63,108 bases of DNA from an uncultured Candidatus Saccharibacteria bacterium (GCA_964501355.1 CAZCSM010000009.1:1-63108); one strand, 5' to 3'. Counted from the stretch's first letter, positions 38,217-49,627 are shown. The notes: a model not told the origin generated them from the letters alone. Program-made: numbers and translations.

Positions 38217-39242
38217 TTATGTTTCTTTACCCTCGTCGTTCTTATCTTCGTCTTTGTCCCGATCGACGAGCAGTAAAATGAATATTATTAAGAATGATGT
38301 GAATAAGAAGCCGCCGATCAGATAATATTTATATTTACCTATCATGGCACTCAAATGGGCCAGATTTTCGGATAGCGAATTCTTTAGCAATTCTTTAATT
38401 CTGTTAATCAGACCGCCTTCACCGGTCTCCGGCAGATTATTCAAATCTTCAACTGCCGAACCTTCATAAACATTAAAAATTGATCGATCTTTCAACAGTT
38501 CGACATTGAGATCTTTTACGACAATTTCACCAACGTAAGTTCCGGGTTTCAATCCGTGTTTCTCAAAAAGAACCTCTACACTATCCGTTGTAAATGGTGA
38601 AATATCGGGAATTTCATTTGATGAAAAAGTATCAACCAATTTCTCGTCTAGTGAATAGACTTCAACTTGTACAAAATCAGGAGCACCCGTAACATTTCCA
38701 TTATTTCTAATTTTCAACTCGACAATCATTGGGGATGATTCATTCGTATCTTGAATTATCGCATTTTGCGCATCAAATAATCGAACATCTTTTTCCGTTA
38801 AAATGAAATCTAAATCAAGTCGAACAGCAGGTTGAATTGAAACTTGTCCTTGATCTTCATTCTTCAAAATGACGCGAATATATCCTTCATATTTCCCATA
38901 TTCAGAATCTTCGGGAATTGTTAATGTGACGGTGAATGGAACACGCTGTGTGCCAGCCGGCAGAATCATATCCGTTCCCGGAGTAATAGTTATCCAATCA
39001 CGAAAATCTTCTGCATCAATCTGAATTTCCGCAGCAACTGTTTTATCCGGATTTCCACGGGATATGATAAATTCCTGGACAAATGTAGATCCGGGCTTCA
39101 AGCTTTCATTATATATTCCACCGGGAGACACACCGATACTTGCCGCAAAGACAGGATTAAAGAGAACTGCTCCTAACCAGATACCCATAAAAATTAATAT
39201 TGAACGAACAAACTTGTTTGTTTTTATTTGCATTAATACCAT
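38217..39242 (-). CDS. surface protein with two Ig/CARDB-like domains, LPETG motif, C-terminal TM helix and charged tail
   Basis: 341 aa. Signal peptide ...LFNPVFAAS, beta-sandwich-like repeats (IGVSPGGIYNESLKPGSTF..., ELKIRNNGNVTGAPDFVQVEV...), LPETG encoded at 38421-38435, TM YYLIGGFLFTSFLIIFILLLV, tail DRDKDEDKNDEGKET. Confidence 0.7.
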   Translation of the reverse strand: MVLMQIKTNKFVRSILIFMGIWLGAVLFNPVFAASIGVSPGGIYNESLKPGSTFVQEFIISRGNPDKTVAAEIQIDAEDFRDWITITPGTDMILPAGTQRVPFTVTLTIPEDSEYGKYEGYIRVILKNEDQGQVSIQPAVRLDLDFILTEKDVRLFDAQNAIIQDTNESSPMIVELKIRNNGNVTGAPDFVQVEVYSLDEKLVDTFSSNEIPDISPFTTDSVEVLFEKHGLKPGTYVGEIVVKDLNVELLKDRSIFNVYEGSAVEDLNNLPETGEGGLINRIKELLKNSLSENLAHLSAMIGKYKYYLIGGFLFTSFLIIFILLLVDRDKDEDKNDEGKET

Positions 39243-39315
39243 TTTTTCAAATTAATTCACTACAATAAATCTACCATAAAATGGGCATGCTTTACCATCT
39301 GATTATTATGAAAAC

Positions 39316-41103
39316 CTACCACTCACCCTGTACAGCGATTAGCGTGTTTGATCCTGAATATTCTCCGGAAGGTGTCCCCGCGGGAACTTCTGAAGACCAG
39401 TATATTGGTTCCTCACCAACTAAATCAGACGTCGTCTTTAATACGTTAAGTTCAAGTTCCAATGGATAATCCACATCTCTTCGGTCTCGCAAAATCTCCC
39501 CTGTTCCATGTGTAAACGAAGAAGTTGCATATTCCTGATTATTTGTTTCGAAATGATTTCCGGAACATGTTGGATAATTTGTACATACGGAATAGTCGGC
39601 AGTGACATCACCAGTCTGGTTTGTTGCACCTACCTCAGTATCGATATTAGTATTTCCTGTACAGGTTACCGGTAATTGTATATTTGCACTTACCTCACCG
39701 GCATCAACTGCGCCATAGTTGATCGATCCACTCGTAGAAAAAGCAATCAATGGACTTACTTGAAGTGTACCATCTGAGTCGGTAACTTCTGTTACTTCAT
39801 CTGCCGCCATTACAAATGCGGTCCAAGAAGACTCCTCATGTTGAGCCATGGAGCCAAGCGCTCCAGTCGATTCTGCATAATATTGAACAGGCGCGGTACA
39901 ATTATATCGAACACTATCATCACTTGAACCCGCACAACCGTTTGTTCCTGAATCGACAGTACAAGTGATAACAGGATAACACACATCACCATCTGAATCT
40001 CCAGCCGCATCACAATCAGTATGTCCTCCGGGTAACCATGTTCCCCAAAAATCCATTCTGACGTAATCTATATCTTGACATGAATTAGAATCTTGAACAT
40101 CAACATAAGCTATAAGCGGAGTTGTTAAACTTTCTGTTAAGGTCAATGTGTCAAAGTTAAAACTATGTATTGTCATAACTGGATCAATATTATTAACGAT
40201 CCAGTTGGTATTTACCGATGTTGCCTGCTGAGTTGTAGCTCTACCTACATGAAGCAGATTGTGCTCGTCATAGACAAATGCATGTGCTGTAAAAGTCCCA
40301 TCGAGGTATACACTAGGAATTGAGAACTCTGCGGATGGGTTATCTGTAGCCGGAACGGCAGTAGTTGCTAATGTTGTAGCAACGCAGGTCGGTGCTGTAT
40401 ATGGGGTAGTTTGAATAGCATTTGGCGAACTACAAATAAGTAATGTCAATTCATCGTCTGTCGTATCATAGGTATCTGTATCGGATCCGTCCGATGTAAA
40501 AGTTACTAAGGTGCCGGGATTTACACCTGCGCCCGTATCATTATTTACCGTAGTTAATGACGGTACATGATTAACTACAAAAGGACTATCCGAATCTCCT
40601 GGTACGGCCGGATTATAAACAGCAGAACACTTGCTATCTGAACTATAATCACATACAAATGCATACCAAGGACTATTCTCAGCATCGCCAGTCTGCACTG
40701 TATATTGACAGGAGGTGGAAACTTCGTCTGCCGTAGACGATGAAACACACCATGTCCCGACATCGCAAGTTGGGACAGCATTATTATGCGGTGTTACCGC
40801 AGCAGTTTTACAAACTGCTAAATAATAATTATTTCCATCCTGATCATCGCCGGTTGCACGAAAAGTTATCGCACTTCCAACGTTGGTAGGAGTTGATGAA
40901 GTAGACGCAGTGAACGTGAAGTTGCTTTCCTCGTATGGATCTACGCTAAATGATGGAGCAGCATTATTTACACTAATTACAGTAGGAACGTTCTCAGGAT
41001 CATCCGCGTAGGCATTGTAAGACAAGAGAATTAAACCGAATATAAAAACGGCTACAAAGGAAAACTGTTGTAAGATTTTACTACCGAGAACCTTGAATTG
41101 CAT
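39316..41103 (-). CDS. secreted Cys-rich surface protein (paralogue A) with shared C-terminal module
   Basis: ATG at 41103 (MQFKVLGSK). Signal ...LLSYNAYA. Conserved block TFRATGDDQDGNNYYLAVCK...WYAFVCD...SPFVVNH. The C-terminal 150 aa are homologous to the C-termini of the giant proteins. Confidence 0.7.
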   Translation of the reverse strand: MQFKVLGSKILQQFSFVAVFIFGLILLSYNAYADDPENVPTVISVNNAAPSFSVDPYEESNFTFTASTSSTPTNVGSAITFRATGDDQDGNNYYLAVCKTAAVTPHNNAVPTCDVGTWCVSSSTADEVSTSCQYTVQTGDAENSPWYAFVCDYSSDSKCSAVYNPAVPGDSDSPFVVNHVPSLTTVNNDTGAGVNPGTLVTFTSDGSDTDTYDTTDDELTLLICSSPNAIQTTPYTAPTCVATTLATTAVPATDNPSAEFSIPSVYLDGTFTAHAFVYDEHNLLHVGRATTQQATSVNTNWIVNNIDPVMTIHSFNFDTLTLTESLTTPLIAYVDVQDSNSCQDIDYVRMDFWGTWLPGGHTDCDAAGDSDGDVCYPVITCTVDSGTNGCAGSSDDSVRYNCTAPVQYYAESTGALGSMAQHEESSWTAFVMAADEVTEVTDSDGTLQVSPLIAFSTSGSINYGAVDAGEVSANIQLPVTCTGNTNIDTEVGATNQTGDVTADYSVCTNYPTCSGNHFETNNQEYATSSFTHGTGEILRDRRDVDYPLELELNVLKTTSDLVGEEPIYWSSEVPAGTPSGEYSGSNTLIAVQGEW

Positions 41104-41161
41104 AACACTACATTTAACCAATCAAGTGAAGAGTACGCTAACCAATTTCACACCAAGTTTC

Positions 41162-42898
41162 TTACCAAGCCCCTTGTATTGCGGTAAGTGTATTCGTACC
41201 TGTATAACTACCTGAAATTGTCGTTAATGGAACAAATAATGACCAGTATGTCGGTGCAGTACCAATCTGTAGCGATGTTGTCCAATTAGTCTTTGGAACT
41301 CCTAGATACAATGTCGTCGGTGACCCACTATAAGGCAGAGGATTTCCAGTCAAATGTGTAAATGGAGCAAGATCAAATTCCTGATTATTTGCTAAAATTG
41401 AATTCCCGCCAGACGTCATATCTGTTCCATAAACCTCTGTATCAATTATTGTATTTCCAGTTCCTGTAACTGTTACACTTTGGTTTGTACTAGTATCTCC
41501 GACATCAAGTGCTCCATAATATATGCTGTCACCTGCGGAGAAAGCAACTAGAAGATCAACATTTAGATTTGTCGCTGAATCTTCATCCGAAACAGCATCA
41601 TCATCTGTTGCTGTAACATATGCATGCCAATTATCCGAAACATGTTCTGAGCCAGTTCCTGTTGCTTCGGCGTAATATTGAACGGGAACAGTGCAATCAT
41701 ATGCCACACTATTATCACTTGTTCCCGCACATGCATTGGTACCGCTATCTACGGTGCAAGTTACAACAGGATAACAATCATCTGGATCAGAATCTCCTGA
41801 TACACCGCAATCTCCATGCCCTCCTGCCAACCAACCTCCAAAAAAATCAATTACTACGCTTCCTCCTGAAGTAATGTCCTGACATGAGTTGTTATCAGTT
41901 ACCGTAACATTTGCTAAGAGATTCGTAGTTGTACTTTCAGTCAATACTAAAGTTGTTGTATTAAAACTATCTATTCCAACTGTAGGTGCTGTATTATTTA
42001 CTTCCCAAGTATCCGTCTGTGGGGCAGAAGCTAATAAATTGTGCTGGTCATAGACATAGCCGTATGCAGTATATGTGCCATCAGGATAAGAAATTCCAGC
42101 ACCTGCATCTAAATCAGCAAGATAAGTTGTAGTTGGATCTGTTAAAGCTCCGGCACTTAAATTTAACTGAGTTCCGTTACATGTTGGGGCAGTATAGGTT
42201 GTAGCTTGAGTAACACCGGATGATGAACATACCAAAAGATACAAGTTATCATCTGTGGTTCCATAGGTATCGGTATCCGAGGCCGTTGCGTTATATGTGA
42301 AAGTGGAACCCGGATCTTGTGGCGAAACTGGAACGGCAAGAGCTGTATATGTAGCTCTATGATTAACAACAAACGGACTTCCGGAATCTCCAGTTCCCTG
42401 AGAAGATGCTGAACATTTACTATCACCGCTATTATCACAAACAAATGCATACCAAACAGATTCTTCCGCATCTCCAACTAGTGCGGTATATTGACACGAA
42501 GTTGCGACTTCATCTGCCGTAGATGTTGAAACACACCAGGCGCCACCATCACATGTTGGAGGTGTGTTAATACCACCACCTGCCGTAATGGCATCAGACT
42601 TACAAACTGCAAGATAGTAGGCGTTACCGTCCTGATCATCGCCGGTTGCCCTAAAGGTAATAGAACTCCCGACATTTATTGGAGTCGTGGGAGTCGAAGC
42701 CGTAAGTGTAACCGTATTTTCTTCATATGGGTCAACGTCAAACGCAGGAGCAGTATTATTTATATCTACACTAGCCGTAATTTCCTCTGGAGTATCTGCA
42801 GCATCAGCGGTATATGAAAGGAACACCGTTCCCATAACAAATACTGCCATTAATATCAGCAGCTCCAGTTTATTATTTTTAAGTTTTTTTGTCTGCAT
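41162..42898 (-). CDS. secreted Cys-rich surface protein (paralogue B) with shared C-terminal module
   Basis: ATG at 42898 (MQTKKLK). Signal ...FLSYTADA. Same conserved blocks as paralogue A (TFRATGDDQDGNAYYLAVCK, WYAFVCDNSGDSKC, SPFVVNH). C-terminal 135-aa module. Confidence 0.7.
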   Translation of the reverse strand: MQTKKLKNNKLELLILMAVFVMGTVFLSYTADAADTPEEITASVDINNTAPAFDVDPYEENTVTLTASTPTTPINVGSSITFRATGDDQDGNAYYLAVCKSDAITAGGGINTPPTCDGGAWCVSTSTADEVATSCQYTALVGDAEESVWYAFVCDNSGDSKCSASSQGTGDSGSPFVVNHRATYTALAVPVSPQDPGSTFTYNATASDTDTYGTTDDNLYLLVCSSSGVTQATTYTAPTCNGTQLNLSAGALTDPTTTYLADLDAGAGISYPDGTYTAYGYVYDQHNLLASAPQTDTWEVNNTAPTVGIDSFNTTTLVLTESTTTNLLANVTVTDNNSCQDITSGGSVVIDFFGGWLAGGHGDCGVSGDSDPDDCYPVVTCTVDSGTNACAGTSDNSVAYDCTVPVQYYAEATGTGSEHVSDNWHAYVTATDDDAVSDEDSATNLNVDLLVAFSAGDSIYYGALDVGDTSTNQSVTVTGTGNTIIDTEVYGTDMTSGGNSILANNQEFDLAPFTHLTGNPLPYSGSPTTLYLGVPKTNWTTSLQIGTAPTYWSLFVPLTTISGSYTGTNTLTAIQGAW

Positions 42899-42954
42899 TA
42901 ACAAATGATAATAACTCACTTATCCAGAATAAAGTTTAATCAGAATTTAGTCAA

Positions 42955-43932
42955 TCAAAATAATAATCTTTTTTCCAAATCCGTTTTTTCATCATTGCTT
43001 AGAAAACTAAGCTTTATGGCATTCTTAGTCATTTGTGCGATATCATATTCTGTAAAGAAAAGTTTTGTTCTCATATTTTGCTCTTCTGTCAAATATGTAA
43101 TATCAGAAGTAATTGGATCATCTGTGTTAAATGTAGCCAGTAGTCCATTTTCAAAATACTTTTTTAGTGGATGGTGTCCGAGGTCTTCTATTGCCCGTGT
43201 ATGTAAATTACTAGTCAGACAGCATTCCAGACCGACTTCCCGTTTGCGAATCTCCTCAATTAAATCTTCATCCTGAAACAAATTAGTTGCATGCCCTATT
43301 CTTTTTGCCCCAAGATCTAAGGCTTCCCAAATACTTTGCGATGTAGCGGCTTCTCCGGCATGAATTGTGATTGGAATCTCTTTATGGGCTAATTTATCAA
43401 ACAAGCACTGGTAATCTCTCGTTGGGTATGCGGGTTCATTACCGCACAAATCCGCACCGCAAACCAAACCGTCTTTATATGCATCTATTATTTCTTCGAC
43501 CAGAGAATCGTTCTCTGTGGGAGAGTCCTCTCTCTTAACAGAAATGATCAAATTTGTTTTAATATCAAAGTCTTGCTCTGCATTGAGCATACCTTCTCTG
43601 ACCGCTTTTATATAATCACGAGTTGAAATATCTGTAACCGTCTGATGTATTGGTAACGGACAGGCACGAAGTTCCAAGTACCCAACGTTTTCAGCAAAGG
43701 CATCTTCCACTGCCTCATATCCGAAGCGTTCAAGTTCAGTTTTTGATTGAACAACTTGTTTCATATATTTTGTCCCAAGCTTGAGAATGAAATCCATAAG
43801 GGTCTTCTCTGTACCATCAACCTGCATGGTTCGTTTGAAAGAATTGTAGTCGATATCGGGGTTTAATAATTCAAAAATTGTCTGAGGACGAACGGCACCT
43901 TCAAGATGTCTATGCAAATCAATATACTTCAT
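42955..43932 (-). CDS. add: adenosine deaminase
   Basis: MKYIDLHRHLEGAVRP (metal-binding HxH context), HAGE and NTDDP motifs. ATG at 43932 (the track starts at TTG 43947). Confidence 0.85.
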   Translation of the reverse strand: MKYIDLHRHLEGAVRPQTIFELLNPDIDYNSFKRTMQVDGTEKTLMDFILKLGTKYMKQVVQSKTELERFGYEAVEDAFAENVGYLELRACPLPIHQTVTDISTRDYIKAVREGMLNAEQDFDIKTNLIISVKREDSPTENDSLVEEIIDAYKDGLVCGADLCGNEPAYPTRDYQCLFDKLAHKEIPITIHAGEAATSQSIWEALDLGAKRIGHATNLFQDEDLIEEIRKREVGLECCLTSNLHTRAIEDLGHHPLKKYFENGLLATFNTDDPITSDITYLTEEQNMRTKLFFTEYDIAQMTKNAIKLSFLSNDEKTDLEKRLLF

Positions 43933-44155
43933 TTTATCAAAATTCAAATATTCCTTTAATAAATATATTATAAAATTTATACTTGTGCAATCACTTCTAT
44001 AAAGAGTGTCATATCACCAATTAATGCGTATCAACAGTGCGTCTTATGCACACTTGTTTTTAATTAAGAATTAATATATTCTGAATAATAGATTGTTTAA
44101 GTGGTATATATTGAAGTTCATATTTATTATATTATCTTTCTGACAATTACTTTCA

Positions 44156-44667
44156 ATGAAGAGACTTTACATCCTGTTCTCAGATATTCGCGGACATACA
44201 GAATGGTCCGAGAGACATTCTCCTCAACAGCTTATCGATCTACTTAGCAATTATTACGCTTCTCCCAAAAATAACTGCGTTCATATGAATACATCTTCCG
44301 ATGAAATTCTGATGTTCTTTGATAATGTGGAATATGCCATGCGTGCTGCAAAAAGATTGTATATGTACAGTCAGGAATTGAAGGAGAAAGAAAAACTTTC
44401 AATCGGTATTGCTTTACATGTTGGAGAAGTGGAAAAGCTGGTTTATCAGAAGAGTCATGTTAAATACAAAACATACGTCGGCCATTCAATAAGCGTAGGA
44501 AAAAGATTGGAGAATCTATGTGCAGGAAGTGAGATAATTATCTCTGAGGATGTTTATAATGATTTACCGGAAGAAGAAAAAAACAACTTCAAATCGACAA
44601 TAGAGGTTTCAGTAAAGGGGAAAAGAGATCCAATCAAAATTTATCTACTTGAAGGTAAACTTCGAGT

Positions 44668-44671
<4 letters not shown>
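44156..44671 (+). CDS. minimal class III nucleotidyl cyclase catalytic domain protein
   Basis: 171 aa. ILFSDIRGHTEW (metal Asp), SDEILMFF, GIALHVGEV and VGKRLENLCAGSEIIISEDVY fit the adenylate/guanylate cyclase catalytic domain pattern. No sensor or effector domain. Confidence 0.6.
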
Positions 44672-46677
<2,006 letters not shown>

Positions 46678-46683
46678 TATTTT

Positions 46684-46710
46684 TGTGTCATCCCGCATTT
46701 ATTGCGGGAC
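46684..46710. repeat. partial family B element (TGTGTCAT + hairpin tcccgca-tttat-tgcggga)
   Basis: tgtgtcatcccgcatttattgcgggac, immediately upstream of the uvrB ATG. It lacks the distal GACACA arm. Confidence 0.4.
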
Positions 46711-46938
46711 CTCGGTATTTATTCATATCATTATACCAAAAAGAAATGAATATGTGTGCAAATATAAAAGAAGAATTCAATAATTCTTGACACCTTCTCT
46801 ATATATAATCTATTATTGAATGGAGTCAATGCTTTATAAAGTCTTAATGATGAGTTTATTGTTAAAAAATATTTCGAATTCAAAAGAGGTCAACAGCCTC
46901 TTTTTGTTTTCTTATAATTTAGATAACTTTTGATAACA

Positions 46939-47514
46939 ATGCCAAATCGTCAAATCGAACAGAGAATCTACAAATACCCGGATGGAGAAGAAGCAAAAGT
47001 AACATATGAAACCGCAGGCAGATCAAGAAAATCTCAAATAAAGAGTATTTATGTAAGAGATGGTGACTGGAGAAGGGTTTTCCAAGGGGTAATGTTAACC
47101 TCAGACAAATATCTCTCTCCTCAAGAGTTTCAAAAAACAACCGGATCTGAAACATATCGACTACGACAGGGACCACCAATTATCGCAGATAGATTCCACC
47201 CGAGAGAATTAACTCCCGGAATTACAAAGGTTTATGGAGAAAGGGCGAATGCCCCCGGTACGGAAAGCTTTGATATTTATCTGCCATTGACAGATGAGAT
47301 GAGGCGGGCAGAAGAAGAGTTTGGATGGGATAGTGACTATGGCGAAGATGAATACAGATACCCAACTGGAAACGAAAATCATGCTCATTGTTCCATCGTA
47401 TCCATAGAAGGTCGAACCTATTTATTGTATGACAGACCTTTTGCAAATGAAGATCAAAAGGAAATAGTTGAGTATAGACCCTTCAACCGACAGGACATAT
47501 CAGCTGAACCGTAG
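46939..47514 (+). CDS. hypothetical protein
   Basis: 191 aa from ATG 46939, charged, with no recognisable family. It shares a weak H-x-H...LLYDR string with the next ORF. Confidence 0.4.
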   Translation: MPNRQIEQRIYKYPDGEEAKVTYETAGRSRKSQIKSIYVRDGDWRRVFQGVMLTSDKYLSPQEFQKTTGSETYRLRQGPPIIADRFHPRELTPGITKVYGERANAPGTESFDIYLPLTDEMRRAEEEFGWDSDYGEDEYRYPTGNENHAHCSIVSIEGRTYLLYDRPFANEDQKEIVEYRPFNRQDISAEP

Positions 47515-47551
47515 CAATAACTCTTTCCATAATTACTTTAGCAAAATACAA

Positions 47552-48376
47552 ATGGGAAAAGACAAGATCAAACCGAAGAATAAAAGAAGAAGCACGTGGC
47601 AAGGACTCGAAGACTTATTCGGTAGAAAAACCGTGGAACTTGTCGTAAAAGGAAAACTTATCCAACTTCTCGGAAGAAAGGAGAAACACAGAGATACAGT
47701 AGGAATGGAACGCCGACATAGAGTTGTAAAAAGATCTAAACCGAACCCTCTTCAACGAATCTTCAGGCGGGGAAGACCTCCATTGCCAGAAGGAATTATG
47801 GTTAGGGAAAAACACAAAAGAGATATTGGTGTCGGCAGACAATTATTACCCGGCACTCAGATAGACATCTTTTTCAGTCATCAGGAAAACAGAGAGCAGT
47901 ATTGTCACACACATACGATAATTTATGATGATGAAAGCACAGAACCAAAGAATTTATTGATTTATGACAGGGGACTAGATAAGAACAGATTTCTCATTGC
48001 ACCCGGGAAGAAATGTAAAGCATTACAAAAGGGGGAAGATGCAGAGGTTGGGGTCTTTGTAATTCCGGATCCGCAAGCCTTTATGGATAGTGTAATTAAA
48101 AAGCACGGAGGTAAGATTCCAATGAGAGACCATCCTGATTGGACACCTAAAATTGAAGAGGATAAATCGAACCAAGCACAAGAACTTCGAGAGGTTATTC
48201 AATTCGAGGCAGATCAAGAATGGGTGGATTGGAGAGGAGATGAAAATCCATTCCCGGAATATGAAAAAGATACTTGGGAAAGTCTCAAACGGGCAGAAGA
48301 CGAATTGATGCTGGAAGCCAATGTGGACTATAAGTTCGAAGGAATGCGACCAAATCCGGATTTTCATGAACCCTAA
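47552..48376 (+). CDS. hypothetical basic protein
   Basis: 274 aa from ATG 47552 (MGKDKIKPKNKRR). Very K/R-rich N-terminal third, acidic C-terminal part, no recognisable family. Confidence 0.4.
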   Translation: MGKDKIKPKNKRRSTWQGLEDLFGRKTVELVVKGKLIQLLGRKEKHRDTVGMERRHRVVKRSKPNPLQRIFRRGRPPLPEGIMVREKHKRDIGVGRQLLPGTQIDIFFSHQENREQYCHTHTIIYDDESTEPKNLLIYDRGLDKNRFLIAPGKKCKALQKGEDAEVGVFVIPDPQAFMDSVIKKHGGKIPMRDHPDWTPKIEEDKSNQAQELREVIQFEADQEWVDWRGDENPFPEYEKDTWESLKRAEDELMLEANVDYKFEGMRPNPDFHEP

Positions 48377-48445
48377 TTTCTTGCTGACATGTCACCCACA
48401 CACGTGTTACACTTTCATATGTAATAATTTTTTGTTTTTTGATAC

Positions 48446-49498
48446 ATGAAAGAGTATTTCACGAAAGATCTAAAAGACGGGTTGGTAATTGATGGAGAAG
48501 TTTTTGCCATACAGAATTTCGCCGTTCATAAAGATAAAAACGGGAATCCGTATTATAGAATCGAACTTCAGGACAAAACCGGCGATGTTGCAGGAAAGGT
48601 TTGGAGCGATAGTTTGCAGTATTGCAATTTGACAGAACAAAATATCGGAGATGTCGCAAAGGTAACCGGAATTGTAAGTGCATACCAAGGTAAACTACAA
48701 CTTACAATTAAGAAATGCGAATTGACGACAGATTACCAACTCGAAGATTTAATCCAGGTAACAGATAAAGGAATCGAGACATTGTTTGAGCAGATTCAAA
48801 AACATGTTGCAACAATTGAAGATATTTATCTTCAAAAATTATTTGCAAATATGTTTGCAGATAAAGAGTTCACACAGAAATTTAAAGAAGCACCAGCGGC
48901 GGAAAAGGTACATCATGATTTTGTTGGAGGATTAATGGAACATGTGGTTGAATTGCTTGATCTTGCAGACACCATCAAATCTCAATATCCGGAAGCCAAC
49001 TATGACTTAGTGAAAGCAGGATTACTTCTCCACGACATCGGAAAAACTATTGAACTGGAAAGAGTTGGAACGACATTCATCCGAACAAAAATGGGAAAAG
49101 TCATTGGACACTTACCAATGAGTGTAGAAATCGCACGGAAATATTTACCGGAAGGTTTTCCAGAAGAACTCTGGATGCATATCTGGCATATTATTTTATC
49201 TCACCACGGTACATTAGAATTCGGAAGTCCTGTTGTTCCCAAGACCTTGGAGGCAGGAATTGTGCATCAGCTTGATTATATTTCTTCACACATTCGACAG
49301 TACTCAAAAGCACTCAGCGTAGCAGAGGGTGATAATGAATTTACTGATTACGAAAGATTGTTGGGAACAGATTTATACGCAGTGCCATATATTTCGAAAA
49401 CTGAAGTTTCAAAGGACGAAGAATTTAAATCGGAAAACTTCGCGGAAGCTGGCGGAAAACTACCAAATGTAGATCCCGATCAAGTAGCATTGATATAA
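48446..49498 (+). CDS. OB-fold + HD-domain 3'-5' exoribonuclease (YhaM-like)
   Basis: N-terminal OB fold (GDVAGKVWSDS...GKLQLTIKK), followed by HD-domain strings HHDFVGGLMEHV and LLHDIGK. Confidence 0.75.
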   Translation: MKEYFTKDLKDGLVIDGEVFAIQNFAVHKDKNGNPYYRIELQDKTGDVAGKVWSDSLQYCNLTEQNIGDVAKVTGIVSAYQGKLQLTIKKCELTTDYQLEDLIQVTDKGIETLFEQIQKHVATIEDIYLQKLFANMFADKEFTQKFKEAPAAEKVHHDFVGGLMEHVVELLDLADTIKSQYPEANYDLVKAGLLLHDIGKTIELERVGTTFIRTKMGKVIGHLPMSVEIARKYLPEGFPEELWMHIWHIILSHHGTLEFGSPVVPKTLEAGIVHQLDYISSHIRQYSKALSVAEGDNEFTDYERLLGTDLYAVPYISKTEVSKDEEFKSENFAEAGGKLPNVDPDQVALI

Positions 49499-49512
49499 GT
49501 GATCCAATATTT

Positions 49513-49544
49513 TGTGTCCGATCCTCGCAAGCAAGGATGACACA
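49513..49544. repeat. family B nested palindrome (32 nt)
   Basis: tgtgtccgatcctcgcaagcaaggatgacaca. Its reverse complement aligns with the 54094..54125 copy (TGTGTCAT-hairpin-CGGACACA). Confidence 0.6.
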
Positions 49545-49581
49545 AAACAATGGTAATAAAATTTTGTCATTCTTCTGTGCC

Positions 49582-49606
49582 GGTTCAAGAGTTATTCTCT
49601 TGAACC
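49582..49606. repeat. REP-like hairpin upstream of RAYT gene
   Basis: ggttcaagag-ttatt-ctcttgaacc, a perfect 10-bp stem. Confidence 0.8.
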
Positions 49607-49627
49607 ATTAGTTCTAAAAAATCCTTA

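Noticed and set aside
28006-43947. Classical integrative island or prophage next to tRNA-Gln
   Set aside because: No integrase, excisionase, phage structural or replication genes, and no visible att-like duplication of the tRNA 3' end.
46678-46698. Upstream start for uvrB (MRDDTKI extension)
   Set aside because: The extension is a read-through of a family B palindromic element. UvrB proteins begin close to the conserved F.L.S.Y.P.GDQP motif, which follows ATG 46677.
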